Shown here: piece by piece, positions 27,470 to 41,192 of the stretch | Position numbering within the stretch: position 1 is the stretch's first letter | How the letters are laid out: each line of letters begins with the position of its first letter | Origin: Octopus vulgaris | Taxonomy: Eukaryota | Reading direction: 5' to 3' | Assembly: GCA_951406725.2 (NCBI GenBank) | Contig: OX597814.1 | Location: 89,218,001 to 89,282,000 of the forward strand | Length of the DNA: 64,000 nucleotides | Program-made: the position numbers and the translations under genes | Notes under the pieces: generated by a model | Database searches by the model: none | What the model saw: the letters and a program-made list of their open reading frames with translations, nothing else | What the model was told of the DNA's origin: nothing

Positions 27470-27790
27470 TAAAGAAACACTAAAATCTCCTTCCCAAACA
27501 TCCATCCATCACCTCACCACTTTCAAAAAGCTACAAACTCCCAATGTTTCACTTTTAGCTTTTTGGAAAGTGGGAAAGTTTCTTCAGAAATAATGTTTAC
27601 CTGTCGTTTCTAGCATGTCGGGTTTTCTGGTGGTGGTCTGGTATTTTTTATGTCTGCTATTTCAGTACAATTTTACGCATGCACAAAATATCAGAAGAAA
27701 GTGAAACATTAGGAGGTTTTTAGCTTTTTGAAAGTAGTTAGGTGATGGGTGGGCAAGGTGAGGGAAGGGATACTGAATGTTTCTTTAAGA
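27470..27790. repeat. Imperfect inverted repeat (foldback remnant)
   Basis: ccatcacc...actttcaaaaagcta...aatgtttcactt pairs with aagtgaaacatt...tagctttttgaaagt...ggtgatgg. Confidence 0.65.
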
Positions 27791-30700
27791 AAAATTAAAC
27801 TTTAAAAAAAATATATATATTTCCCAGATTCGTGATCTCTTTATTTTTCTAGTGGATAAAAAAAAACTTCGTAAAAAATTACAAATTAAGAAATTGCAGT
27901 GGGGACGGGGGAAAATTAAAATTTTGAAAATGTGATTTCTGGGTAAACTCATATTAACCCCCTTTAATACAATGAAACAATACATGGTTTGAGATCCTTC
28001 TGCAGAACAGAAGGCACTTTCATGCAAACCCATGCAAACTGTACCTTCCCACTTCACTTTTAAACCAACAATAACTTCCATTACGCCAGTAATCCAGTTC
28101 ACTATATATCAGCTGTATCAATTCTGCCCATAAGAAAGGAACAAATAATACAATGTAGCTGTAGGTCATAACATCCAGGCAACGTCGGGATGCATTGCTA
28201 GTTTTTACTAAATTTTGAGTTTTGTTAATACCAATTTACTGATTAGTTTTGATGAGCAGAAAACCAATTAAAAAAGATGCTCACAATTAATTGAATCCAT
28301 GAATATTATTATTATTACCTTCTATCTTAGGGTACCATTGGTATTTCAACAATTTTGGAGGGATAAAAAAAATTAAACACACCAAGATTTGAACTTAAAA
28401 CTAAGAGAAATAAGATGAAACAATAATGTATTGGTCATCTAGGAAACTGTTTAAATGTTCAACATAATTTTAATGAATATATCAAAAGTATGAACAAAAA
28501 ATATAAACAAATTAGATGCATACGGAACCCATAGAGTCATTGGTATGAGACAAGTTAAAGAAATGTTTGCTTAGCAACGAAATCCTAACACAACATCAAA
28601 ATCAGTTTATTACAAAGCCATTGATCCACAGTCTTTCTAGTTGTAATTTCTTTTTGTTACCAGTTAATCAGAGTAACATTAGCAGTATCATGAGCAGCTG
28701 TTCATCCTCCTCTGATGGTGAAAATTGATGAGGTTGTTTGGCTTGAATATCTATAGGTAGTTTGAAAGGAAAACATGTTGGGTGCAGGAAGCATCAAAGT
28801 ATATCTCTGGGGGAAAAAATAAAGTAAATTGTTCAATGTAGGTTCTTGATATCCCTACAATGTGGAAACACAGTAGTAGTATCAAGAGCAGAAAATAAGA
28901 AGTATTAGATTTGCTTGTATTGAAGAGATATCCATATGGCTTGTTCAGAGGAACAAAGGTCATCATAGTTGTAGTAAAAGAGGCAAAAGAAAGAAACAAA
29001 TTTGTGAGTTTGAAGTTGTTGTTTGTTACTGATTGGGTCTTTGCCAATCAGACAAAAGGCCTTGTTTTGATGCACTTTATCATGTTTACATGTAAAGCAA
29101 TAATAGCTCTGCCTCAGATATGTTAGCCATACTTCAGTATAATTGCACTTGAGCTACTTAGTCATCTCACTGGCATAATTTAATTGATACTCAGCAAGAA
29201 CATTGCCCACATCCTCTACCTTTCATAAGGTTAACATTACAATTCCATTGATTCATTTCTCTCCAGTATATGTACATCTTTCACAATCATACTGGGCTAC
29301 AACTCCTAGAAAATTTTCCATTCCTTCTTTACAGTAATTTCTAGTGCTTTACTGCAACTACTCCAACATCAGTGAGATAACCTAGGTAATTCAGGTTTGG
29401 CTATATTATTGAGAAGTTTGCTTCACAACTGTGGTTTTGGACTCAATTTCACAGTACAATACCTAGAGCATAATTTTGAGTCAACCAAAGCCTTGCGAGA
29501 AATATTCGTTAGACAGAAACTGTGTACAAATACATCAGAGAGATTGATACTATTTTTGGTTGATCCACATGATCCATCACCCAATTTAACACTACCATCT
29601 AACAACTTTGGCAGAATCTATTCTGTCCAAACATTCAAACCCGGTTTCCACTCTTAGGATAACTTCCTCCCTTCCTCTTCAGGATTAAGCCATGAAAATA
29701 AAAGAAAGGATGTTAAATGTGCTGAAATCCTAATGAAACTTATTGAGCACATCTTAAAGTAGTCTTTCTATAGGGTCCCCCATTATCACTGATACACAAT
29801 GATAAAGTATCTTCAGTCTACTTTGGAATAGAAAGAATAATTCATTTATAAATGAATTATATATAAATGTATTATCAGGTCATTAAGAATGAAATGTCCG
29901 ATTTTTTAATGCACCAAGTTTGATAGTCATTAGCTCTAATGTTTTATCCTGACAATTCTTTGTTTCACAACATCAATTAGATCTGCACTCATTGTTATCA
30001 TTATCTTAAAAAAATTGCAAGCATTTGTAGTTTTATTTTCAATCTTGTTTGTGTCTGAATAGACTCTAGATTACACAGCGAATCAACAGATCAAATATAG
30101 AATAAGTCAAAATCCTGTAATGTCATATTCAACAAGATTAATTATATAAGTGTGAAATATTGGTTTTTATGTTTGTAATACCCTGTATATTATGTAGACA
30201 AAAATGCAAAGTGGTGGTCTTTACATCATTCTCAAGAATATTAGAGATATAAGTGAAATGCTTCAAAAACAAATTTAAAAAACAACAAAAAATGCATCAG
30301 TATCATATTGATGTTTTACTAATTCAAATTAATTTATTACAGAGACAATATTTTTGAACAGGAAGAAAACTGATGGAAAAACCTTTCCCAAGAACTGAAA
30401 AGATGAAGTAGATACTGTATTGAACTAAGTTAAAACATCTTGAGTTCAAATCTACGGTAGCAATTTTGTTGTAGATTTGCACATTCTATTTGGCTGTAAA
30501 TGCTTATATTTCTTATGATCCCTTTTATTACAAAGCTTTTCTCATTAAATATGCTGGGGAAATGTATGAACATCTCAACCTCTGATTTCTTCCCCCCAGT
30601 ACATCTAACATGTTAGAATTTTATCAAACTTTATCAATTTAGTGATCTATAGAAGTTGGCCAGCTCACAAGATGAATCAGTACTTAACATACAAGAAAGT

Positions 30701-31258
30701 AATTATCAATACTTGACTGACATTCTGCTAAATAAGTTCATTTCTTTTTCTGCGTCAATTTCATTTACCTCAGCTATCATATTTCCTGTTTATATTTACC
30801 ATCATGCTACGGAAGTGAATGAGAGAAAAGGGTAGTATCTTGCACAGAACACAGTGGTTCTTCAACTTTTTATGGCACACTGAAGATCAACCATAAAAAT
30901 TATTGGTGCACTTTGCATGGAAATTTCAAATAAAACTGCTTTTCAAGACACTCAAGTAAAAATTTTCTAAAGCCATAACTTTCAATTTGTTTTACATCCA
31001 TTTTTCCATATTGACTTGGATTATATGAATGCAGATTACTGGGGCATTGTTTCACAGCTAAATTCCCTTCCAGTTACTAACCCTTACCTGTTTTACATGA
31101 AAAGGGATTTTTCATTCTATGCATTATTGAAAATGTTGAACCAGTGAATGTTTTGTTGACAGTGAATGTCAACAAACAACCTAATTTGTAAATTTTTAAA
31201 GCGAAGTGGAGAATGCAAACACACACACCGGAATCTGTAAATAGTTTTTGTCTATTAA

Positions 31259-31441
31259 CCCTTAAGCATTTAAACTGGCCTTACAAGGTGCAAATATTTT
31301 GTTTTATGTTCAAACCAACCCTATAATGTCATTCTAAAAATAAATAATCAGCTCTCGAAGCTACAAGATAAAGTTTGATTAATTCAAAACAATGCGAATG
31401 AATATGTAATACAATTGTCAGAATAATCTAAATGCTAAAGG
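31259..31441. mobile_element. piggyBac-like MITE, nested in a probable hAT MITE at 30852-31649
   Basis: TTAA|CCCTTAAGCATTTA ... TAAATGCTAAAGG|TTAA. The outer element has CAGTGGTTCTT ... AAGAACCACTG ends but no clear TSD. Confidence 0.7.
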
Positions 31442-32462
31442 TTAAATTCATTGAGAAGGCATTGGTTGGCTCAATAGAAGATACCTGCCCAAGATGTCCC
31501 ACAGTGGGATTGAACCAGAAACCACATGGTTGAAAAGTGAGCTTCTTAACTACACAACCATGTCCACACTTATTTTAGATATATTCAGCATGCCTGGATT
31601 CCTTTTGCAGTGCATCAGCATGCTGTGGGGCACTGTCTAAGAACCACTGACTATTCAACAATTGCGGTTTTTCAATTAAAGACCAAAATAAACAACATTT
31701 GATGACAATATTTTGCAGTTAACTGGTCATTTATTATAAGCAGTCATCCTATAAACTTAGTACTTCAATGTATAACATTAGATTTAACGATTTAACGAAA
31801 TTAATAGGTTTTATTAAATTATAGAATGATAATTCAAATGATAAATTAATTTCAACTGGATTAGTTTACTACAACTAAGTCGCTATTTTTTTTACCCCTT
31901 GTTGTTATAATCTCATTCTTGTCTAGGGTGCATTATAAGAATATAAATCGACTCGAAATTTGACTGGCATTTTATTTTATTGTCCCAGGAAGGCTGAAAG
32001 GCAAAATGTAACTTCAGTTGGAATTTGAATTCAGGACGTAAAGCCCAATAATCAAATAAGGCTAAAGAATTTTGTCCGACGCTCTAAAGATTGTACTCAT
32101 CCACAAACCTCATCGGTATTCCTTCGAAAATATATCAGAGATTCAATGAAACTTGAAATTGAAAACAAGTAGAGACGAAAAAAAAAATTCTGACGTGTCT
32201 TTAACAGAAATTGATTTTTCTCAGTTGACCGCATTGAGAGACTGAAGAAAGACAAAGCTCGTAAGAATGGAGAATATACTGGACTGAATAAAGCCAATTT
32301 TTAACTGGTATGATGTGGTCAACCACAGTAAAATCTTCATGAGGTACCGAATGAGATATTATTAACCGTTCAACAGCCATATCTACAACCTTACGACTTA
32401 CGATCGATGTCATTCCTGACCATTTCGTGTTTTAGGAATATGTAGCACTACACTAACTAATG

Positions 32463-32695
32463 TAGTGGTTCTCAACCGGGGTCCATATAAGGTTTTTCTG
32501 TTTAAATTTGGGGGTGAGGAAATAAACCGACTATTCTTCTACAATAGACAAAATATATAAACACTTTTTTCATACAATTCCTCTGCAATAGGAGTTTTTA
32601 GACATTGAATGTCTATGAAGGACCCCGCTACGAGTAAAATAGGAATCAAAAGGGCCCATAGGTAAAAAAAAAAAAAAAATGGTTGAGAACCACTG
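32463..32695. mobile_element. hAT (Charlie-like) MITE
   Basis: TAGTGGTTCTCAACC ... GGTTGAGAACCACTG with near-identical 8-bp flanks aactaatg / atctaatg. Confidence 0.85.
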
Positions 32696-34197
32696 ATCTA
32701 ATGCATCCTTTTCTTAATTAAAAAATATGGGCGAGATTTAATGGAAATTTGGCTGCTCTTATTAGCATATTGGACGACAGATAGAGGTTTCTCGGCTCAT
32801 CAAATACTTAAGTGTGTAATGTGTGTATGATAAGTGTAATGTGTGTATAATTTTAAATGACATTTAAATTTGTTTACCTTCTGGTATTTTTAGTTCATTC
32901 ACAGAAACTAAAGGTAAATTTATGACCATCTTATAATTTCTACCACCGTGTTTGAAACAATTTTTGTCGCTGCTATTTTTTTTCTTTTTTTTTTTTTTTT
33001 GTTTAGCATTTTCGCGTTGCCACAGACCGAGTATTTAGACTGACCGTATCAATAATCTTGGCAATAACATGTTAATCCCTCCCGCTACTGACATTCCTTT
33101 AACGCTAGTTCCGTCTGAAAATAAAAACAAAATTTCTCTTTCTCTCTCTCTTTCAGAATAACGAAGACATTACGAATAAAGTGTAACCATCTCAATCTAC
33201 TGTTATTTTGACAATATGCTATACATTCCAATGAGAGTTTGGAAAGAGAATTTAGTACTTTTACTTATATATTACATAACTATTCGTTTTGGTAATACTA
33301 AACAAACATGATAAGACGCAATACTTTATATAATAATTATATTATTATTCCTTGAATTGGCACATAGCCAATACTTTAAATAATGCAGATGAGTAAAAAA
33401 TGTCTTTTTTTTTTTTTCTTTTGGACCCCCGCTCGTCTTTCAGTTATAGTTTATCTGCATTAATATAACATAGTCCCCTTTTTTTAAGACAGCACATGAT
33501 TTTAGAGATTCGGCTACTATTTCTAGTAGGTCAAACGGTCGTTCTCAGATATAAGGTGATAATGTAAAATATATTGAAAAATTTCTCAGCAGAGATGTGT
33601 GAACAAGGAATGAGTTAACAGAATTCTAAACAAGCATGTATAAATATTGATAAAATCCAATATGAAATATAAAATAAAGTATAAATAAAATGTCATTTTA
33701 ATATTTTTTTACCTGTTTTTCAGTTAAAATATTCCTCAACGGTCACTCATGCTGAAAAAATAGCTGTTCAGAGGTGCAAGTATACAAAAGAGATTACCCT
33801 ACTCTGGTGGTTGGTAATCCAAATTTAGAAACGAATATTAAGTAAGCACGTATGTTAGCAACTCCAGAAGGTGTGTCAAAACGGACATCAAGCCAAGTCA
33901 TGAATAAACGTTTCTAACTAAACTCGTTGCTCATTGGGTAGTCTGCTACACAATGCTATTATTATCATCAATATCAGGAGATATATCAGGAGATCTTCGT
34001 TTAATATTTCGTCATCACATAGTATTCTAGCAATTAAAAGTATTGATAAGCAGTTATTTGCGAAATGCCATTAGGCATAAAAAGAAACGACTGTATTTTG
34101 TTGTGAAGAGTGTTCAAATGAAAGTTATTACTGCAGTTAATTTTGTTGTTGTTGGTTGTTTATTTCACTTTTCAGTTTTGCTAAAGTTACGATTATT

Positions 34198-34259
<62 letters not shown>

Positions 34260-34795
34260 CAAAATTTGTAAAATGGATTAAATAATTTAAACAATATTTA
34301 AATAAAAAGAATCTGTGTTCAGCGTAAATTTCTACTAAACAAACAATACGGTAATTATCTAACACAACAAAATTAAAGAGTTATATCCCTTGCTAAGGCG
34401 ACGAATTGGTAGAGTTGTTAGTGTCAGTAAAAAAAAATGCCTCACAGTTTTTGTTCCGACTCTGCGATCGATTAAAAACTACCACTCCACAATAGTGAAA
34501 TATTCAAATTGATTGAGTTGCGTGCATTGTAAATTCAAATCACGACCCGTCACCGAAAAATGGCGACTGATAGATAGCATCAGTATCTATAATTTGAATT
34601 TTGTCTCAATCTGTTACCTATAATATGATGGTCGTCTCTCGATTTGAACCCAAGAAATATAATAAGCATTACACACATACACACACACACAATCTCTCTC
34701 TCTCATGTATGCATGCACGTACGTACGTACGTATGTATGTGTGTATGTATGTATGTATGTGTGTATGTGTGAGTGTGTGTATGTATGGTTTTACT

Positions 34796-36320
34796 TATTT
34801 AAATTCTTCTGAAGAAGGAGCTGGTTTCCAACAAAGATACAAAGCTCCATCGTTAGAATGTAGATAACAAAGACAATGTTGCATTTTAAACTTGATCAAA
34901 GTCTTGCATATTTTTACTGTTCCACTTACAGACTGAATTTGTAATGTGCAAGTTAGTTGGTTGATTTCTTTTTCTGAAAATCCTAGCTTATCCAGATTGG
35001 CACTTAAGTATTTACTCACAAAATCAAGCACACCAATTATTATTGGTATAAATCTGAATTATAATCTAGAGATTTTGAAACAGTTGTCCGTAGTTGTTCT
35101 CTTTCTATTTGATTTCCAGAGAGATGTTCGCATCAGCAGGACACATGGCCTCTATGACAGAACATATTTTTTCTCATGTGTCCCAAACAACTACCGTAAA
35201 TCCTCGAGTATAATCCACATTTTCCCCAAAATTTAAAGGTCAAAATCCCTAGTGCGTACTATATACGAAGTTGAAAATGAAAAATATTTTCTAAGCAATG
35301 TCTGAGTCTCTATTTGCTGTCCGGCAATGTTTATTCAGATGCATTTTGTGATGTCAGGCACGAAAATACATTAAGCTAAGCCTGAAGGCAATGAAGTCAT
35401 AAAAGAATCATCCATAACTTGCAGTAAGCAGCATTTATTAAAATAAAAGTATTCAGAACACAGAATAACATGTAACAAAAACAATTTACAAACATATTTA
35501 CATTCCCATATAACAGTTAAGAACATCACCATTATTGTATTACACATGCACTGAAGTGTTTCTTCGACTAGGTACTGCTGGCTTAATTACACACGACTCA
35601 ATTACACACCCCTTAGAGAAGGGGTGTGTATTATACACAAGGTTTAGGTTTTTCAGAGGTACAACCCACTAAAAATCCCCTGCATATTATACTCAAAGGC
35701 GGACTATACTCGAAGATTTACGGTATATTTGGTCTGTTGTGTGTACACTGGACAGATGTTTTGATGGGATGTTCCGCTAGTATTCCTTGTGTTGATGTTT
35801 GTGTATTCAATAATAGGGAGATTCTCTATATTTATTTAAGGACAGTCTTTCTCTGAATTGCATTGTATATTGTTTTTGCATAAGGAGGTGGTATCTTGAT
35901 GGCATTTTAAGCAGCTGCTAATCATGTGTGTGATGGCTTCCACAGGAATATGGTATAATCTACATTTTTGATTGAATCTTAGAGCTCCAAAGGCTTCATT
36001 GTCTCTTATTTATAAGGTATTCCATAGCAATCTCCTGTTCTTGGATTGTAAAAGCATAGCCTTTGAAGTGTGATGTGATGTAGCAGTCACAAGTCCAAGT
36101 GAGGCTTTGCTTCATATTAATGTCTTCTTCAAGTCTTCAGGAAACATACCTATGCAGCACTTTTTTGGTATGCTGAGCATTTCACATCCAGGTCTTCATT
36201 GTGGTATGTTAGTCCATTGTTTGGGGGTTGTGTGGGTGGTCATCAGGAAGAGAGTGCTTCCTGAGGATCTTACTACCAACATATAGGATACTGTTCTCTT
36301 CATTTTTCAACACTGAGTTA
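34796..36320 (-). mobile_element. R4/Dong-like non-LTR retrotransposon 3' part (REL endonuclease), interrupted by a MITE
   Basis: Broken frames ITSHFKGYAFTIQEQEI ... HNRPNI|VVWDT..ICSVIE..PIIIGA..QIQSVSGTVKICKT; same family as 61760-62240. Confidence 0.8.
35194..35723. mobile_element. pogo/Tc1-type MITE inserted in the R4-like element
   Basis: TA|CCGTAAATCCTCGAGTATAATCC ... GGACTATACTCGAAGATTTACGG|TA; removing it rejoins the codons for RPNI-VVWD. Confidence 0.9.
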
Positions 36321-38237
36321 ATGTATTATTTTTGTTGTTGTTGTTTAGCAAGTACAGTCTGAGAGAAACTATATAACATTCAAAAGCTGTCTCAATCCAC
36401 TACTTTCCTTATCTCTTCTTAGGTAGAGCCTGTCAACATCACTATTTCTGAGGAAGTTTCCAGTTGATGCCAGTATCTTTTGGGTTTTAACATCTATGGA
36501 GTGGGTTTTTTTTTTCTACAAATCTGTAGTGGCTTCATGCAGGCATGGTGTTCGATCCTTGATTGCCAAATTTCACTTAGCAGTTCAACAGTACTTTTCT
36601 CATGGTAAAACAATAGATTTTTTGTGAGTGACAGCAGTTACATTTGCCAGATGATTTTGCTAAGCAGAATAATGTCTTTGCCACTTGATCCTTCAAACCT
36701 TTTCTAGGCCACCAAAAGCTAGAATAGAGATAACAGACCCCCAACAAAATCTACTGTTCTCAACAATATGTCTCTACTTCTAACTGATTTTGGATAGTTA
36801 TAGATACTTGAATTTGGTAAGGCAAAATCAGTTAGTGAGAGTGACCATCAGTTAGTGAACAAAAACTAACTAGAGTCATGACCACCAGCAGGCAGTCACT
36901 AAAGGCAAACGGCCAGAGGCAGAAAGAAGATTACAACCAGCCAACATTTCAACAGCTACATCCTCAGAAACTAACTGGAAGAAAATACTGAAGCCTGCAC
37001 ACGTAACCTCTTTGGCACACACACACACACACACTTTTCGTCTTGTCCTGACATACAGACCCTGCATTGTCTATGAACTTTTACATGTATATAAGACTCT
37101 CACATAGACTCTCAACAACTCTTTTTCTTTGCATGCACATCCTTTTTTTTTTTTTTCACTTTCAACAGTAGACTTTTAACAAAGGATACTATTTTCAGCT
37201 AAGTTACTGCCACTTTTTGCTTACTCATTTCTTTTGCTGCACCACACAACGTTCATACATGTACCTACATGCTAAAACTGTCACATTCTTGCACCAGTCA
37301 TATGAATCGGCCCTAATACTTATTTTTGCTTTTAAGCCTAGTATTTATTCTATTGGTGTCTTTTACTGAAGCGCTAAGTTACAGGGATGTAAACACATCA
37401 ACACCGGTTGTCAAGCAGTGGTGGGGAACCAACACTAACACAAACACATATAGGACGGGCTTCTTTCAGTTTCCACCTACCAAATCCACTCACAAGACTT
37501 TAGTCAGTCTGAGGCTATAGCAGGAAACACTCACCCAAGGTACAACATAGTGAGACTGAACCCAGAACCATAAAGTTAAGAAACAACCTTCTTACCACAC
37601 AATCATGTCTTACATCATTAATAATAAGAGCATTTTTTTTTAATGACACAATCTCATAAGAATAGGAGGAGTTTTTCTAACAATACCAAAATATATTTAG
37701 ATTTGCCATTACACTTGTTTTGTTCAAGTAATATGATACTATAACAATTTATTATTGAGTTTCTACATATTATGATTTGTATGAGAGGTTATTATTGTTA
37801 AATTAATTTATCATAGTTTTTTTAATTCAAATTGTTATTTACATTATGTACTTTTATTAGTAAAAAATATTAGCTTTAAGGATTGAAGTCAAACAGTTTC
37901 ATATTATATAATTTAGAGGATTAATAAATATATTTACCATGGCTGATATACTGGGTTAAAAACACTTCCCCAAACGTGAAAATCTCCAAAATCTGAAAGC
38001 ATTTCAAATGACTCGCCACAATTAGAAAATTCCACAAAATGCAGGGAAGATTCCATCAAGTATAGCTGTTGCATAATGTTATAACACAAGTTTGTAAGCA
38101 ATGATCTTTTATTTTTGTTTTTTTTATGTTACAGTAAGTGCAAAATGTTATATTTTTACCTATGAGATCTGAATTTCACTCCAAATATGAGTGTAACATG
38201 ACTAACGTCATTACTTGTACATTATGTAAAAATAAAA

Positions 38238-38335
38238 GGTGAAGGTAAAGAATATGTACACCTGGTTTTTAGGATTAGGGTTTAGGGTTAGGGTTATGCC
38301 AAAAACGGTTGATGTGTGTATTCCTTACCTCCACC
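38238..38335. mobile_element. 98-bp hairpin MITE enclosing TTAGGG-like repeats
   Basis: GGTGAAGGTAAAGAATA ... TATTCCTTACCTCCACC, flanked on both sides by AAATAAAA. Confidence 0.65.
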
Positions 38336-38418
38336 AAATAAAATATAAACTCTTCAGTTTTCATTTTATTTACCTATCATGTTCAATGCTTTGCTTTTAT
38401 ATCTTACATAAAACATAA

Positions 38419-40754
38419 GGTCAATATAAAGATTTTCACCTGTGAACAAAAATAATAATATATCAGTCTGCTGGATGTTAACAAGTATGTAGAAAATGAA
38501 TATGAAAAAAAAATTTGCACTAACGACCTTGGGTGGGGTGGAGAGGACTTTTGAAAAATTCACAAGAACTGATTTTTTAAAAAATAATAATAATAATGAA
38601 ATTATTGTATACAGTGCTCAGGTGCACCACAACTTGTCAGAAAGTGCATATAAAGTACATGCAGCAATGTAGAAATGTCTGGAAAGTGAACATGCTTGTG
38701 TGTGTATGGAGGGGAGAAAATCAAGTGTAGTGTTGGCGAATCTCAGGAAGCATGGAAGTTTTGAAGGATGCAGTGCTCCGACAACTAACAACCGATGCCG
38801 GCAGTTTGTTCCACGCTTCAGAAACTCTCAGCGTGAAAAAATGTTTCCTGAAGTCATGGGAGCTGTGCTGTTTTCTTACTTTGTAAATATGTCCACAGGT
38901 GTTAGATGGGTGGAGTTTGAAGAGGTGCTCAGAGTTATTGTTTGTGCGATGGTTGATAATTTTATGGGTGTCTGCCAAGTCAGCTGCCAGACGTCGGAGT
39001 TTCAATGTGTCCATGCCCAGGGAAGTAAGGCGTTCAGGATATGGCAAATGCCCGATGGAGGGTATTCTTTTGGTTGCACGTCGCTGAACAGCTTCCAGAC
39101 GATTGATGTCCTGGGCAAGATAGGGGTTCCAGACCGGTGATGCAAATTCCAGGTGAGGTCTTACCATAGCTATATAAAGCCGCAGAAACTTTTGGTAAAA
39201 TGGATATATATTGATTTTTTATTTTTAAGGAATCCCAGGTTTTTGGTTATGGAGGATCTGATTCTGAAAAAAAAACAATTCAAAAACCACATTTTCAATT
39301 TTACCCTCACCCTTTTCTTTTTTCACTTTTTCCGGATTTTTTTTTTTGTGAAATACATAGTAAAATTTCAATTTTTCAACAAATATATATATATATACCC
39401 CCAAGCCTTCAAGCAGGCTAGTCACATACTAGAAATAACAGCCAAATCTCGCAAAACTGCGATAACATAATGTAATCAATCTACTCACCTTTCTGCAAAG
39501 ATTTCTTTCAGAGTAATTTCCTGCAGCAATATGACAAAGTAATTCATGTGAAATAAACAAAACAACCATTCATCTTCACTTTTAGACAGGGGGAGGGTGG
39601 GGGATTTTGGGTCGGAGTTTTTCATAAAAAATTTGAAATTAAAATTTGAATTTGTGTTTATTTTACCCATATTCTTAATCTCCATATTTTCCCACGTAGA
39701 CTGATTGAAAAAAAAATTCGAAAAAAAGTTTTTAAAAAGTTAAAGAAAAAAAACCCACTTTAATTTCACATGAATTACTTAGTCATATTACTGTGGGAAA
39801 TTACTCTGAAAGAAATCTTTGCAGAAAGGTGAGTAGATTGATTACATTTATGTTATTCACTGTTTTGTGAGATTTGGCTGTTATTTCTAGCATGTGGCTA
39901 ACCTGCTTGAAGGCCTGGGGTATTCTTTTATCCTTCTTTTACTTGTTTCAGTCATTTGACTGCAGCCATGCTGGAGCACCACCTTTAGTCGAGCAAATCG
40001 ACCCCAGGACTTATTATTTGTAAGCCTAGTACTTAATCTATCGGTCTTTTTCCGAACCTCTAAGTTACGGGGACGTAAACACACCAGCATCGGTTGTCAA
40101 GCGATGGTGGGGGGGGGGACACGGACACAAACACACACATATGTGTGTGTGTGTATGTATGTATACGATTGGTTTCTTTCAGTTTCCCTCAACCAAATCC
40201 ACTCGCAAGGCTTTGGTTGGCCCGGGGCTATAGCAGAAGACACTTGCCCAAGGTGCCACGCAGTGGGACTGAACCCGGAATCATGTAGGATTTTTTTTTT
40301 TTTTTTGAAAAATTGAAATTTTACAAACAAATTGTTTTCAAAATCGTAATCATCGTATTTTTCTACGTATTTCGCAAAAAAAAAAAGAAAAAGAAAAAAT
40401 CCGGAAAAAGTGAAAAATGAAGGGGTGGGTGGTGACGGGGATTGAAATTTTGAAAATGCGGTGTTTGAATTTTTTTTTTTTTTTTCAGAATCGGATCCTC
40501 CATAACCAAAAACGTGGGATTCCGTAAAAAAAGAGAAATGATATATATATTCGTTTTACCGAAAGTTATGACGAAAAAATCGGATCTTGTGAATTTTCCG
40601 AAAGTCCTATCTCCGCCCCCGGGTCGTTAGCGCATTTTTTTTTATATTCATATTCGTTTTCTACATTCTTATTAACACCCAGCAGGCTGGTTTATTATTA
40701 TTATTATTATTATTTTTATTTTTTTGTTCATAGGTGAAGATCTTTATATTGACC
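38419..40754. mobile_element. Large foldback DNA element with 8-bp TSD (Merlin- or MULE-like termini)
   Basis: AAACATAA|GGTCAATATAAAGAT ... ATCTTTATATTGACC|AAACATAA. Arms are inverted over most of their length once the CR1 and SINE insertions are removed. Confidence 0.88.
38584..39180 (-). mobile_element. 5'-truncated CR1-clade LINE
   Basis: VRPHLEFASPVWNPYLAQDINRLEAVQRRATK...FFTLRVSEAWNKLP, short 3' UTR and (TTA)n-like tail. Confidence 0.92.
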
Positions 40755-41192
40755 AAACATAAAACCTGTAAAGTAAAAACTAAAATGCGTGTACCGTAAC
40801 CTTTTAATCAAAGCATGATGTCGTAGGTGGAGACTGATATCTTACCTTTCTGATTGTATAATGGAAAAGGAAAAAAATAAAAAAATATATAAAACTATAT
40901 TCAGGGTATATGTATAAGCCATATTGTGAAATATAAATGGGTATTGTGTTTATATATGCATTCCATCCCCAAGCTGTCCCATTTTATGGATGCAAATATA
41001 AAAATACTTTAAAATCTGCAAAACTTTCAGTCCATAAATAACGGATAAGGGATTCTTCCAGTAGTTACCTCGTTGATAACTAGTAAAACCATCAAAATAT
41101 CCAGAGTTGTCTCTCTTGCTCAATTGGCCATGGATTAATATCAGCTAACGACTAAGACACATACACGCGCACATACACATACATGTGTGTGT

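Noticed and set aside
28600-29700. Possible LINE RT fragments
   Set aside because: Only faint motif resemblance; too decayed to support a call.
32201-32413. 70-aa minus-strand ORF as a PNPLA8 N-terminal exon
   Set aside because: Ends in a stop, has no convincing in-phase donor and shows no similarity that I recognise.
34809-34852. CTGAAGA plus GGAGC/GCTCC hairpin as a hammerhead
   Set aside because: No GAAA after the stem; it is the antisense of the R4-like 3' UTR hairpin.
38700-39140. 146-aa plus-strand ORF (also 59639, 60309, 62510, 23016)
   Set aside because: Antisense shadows of CR1, mariner or PNPLA8 coding sequence.
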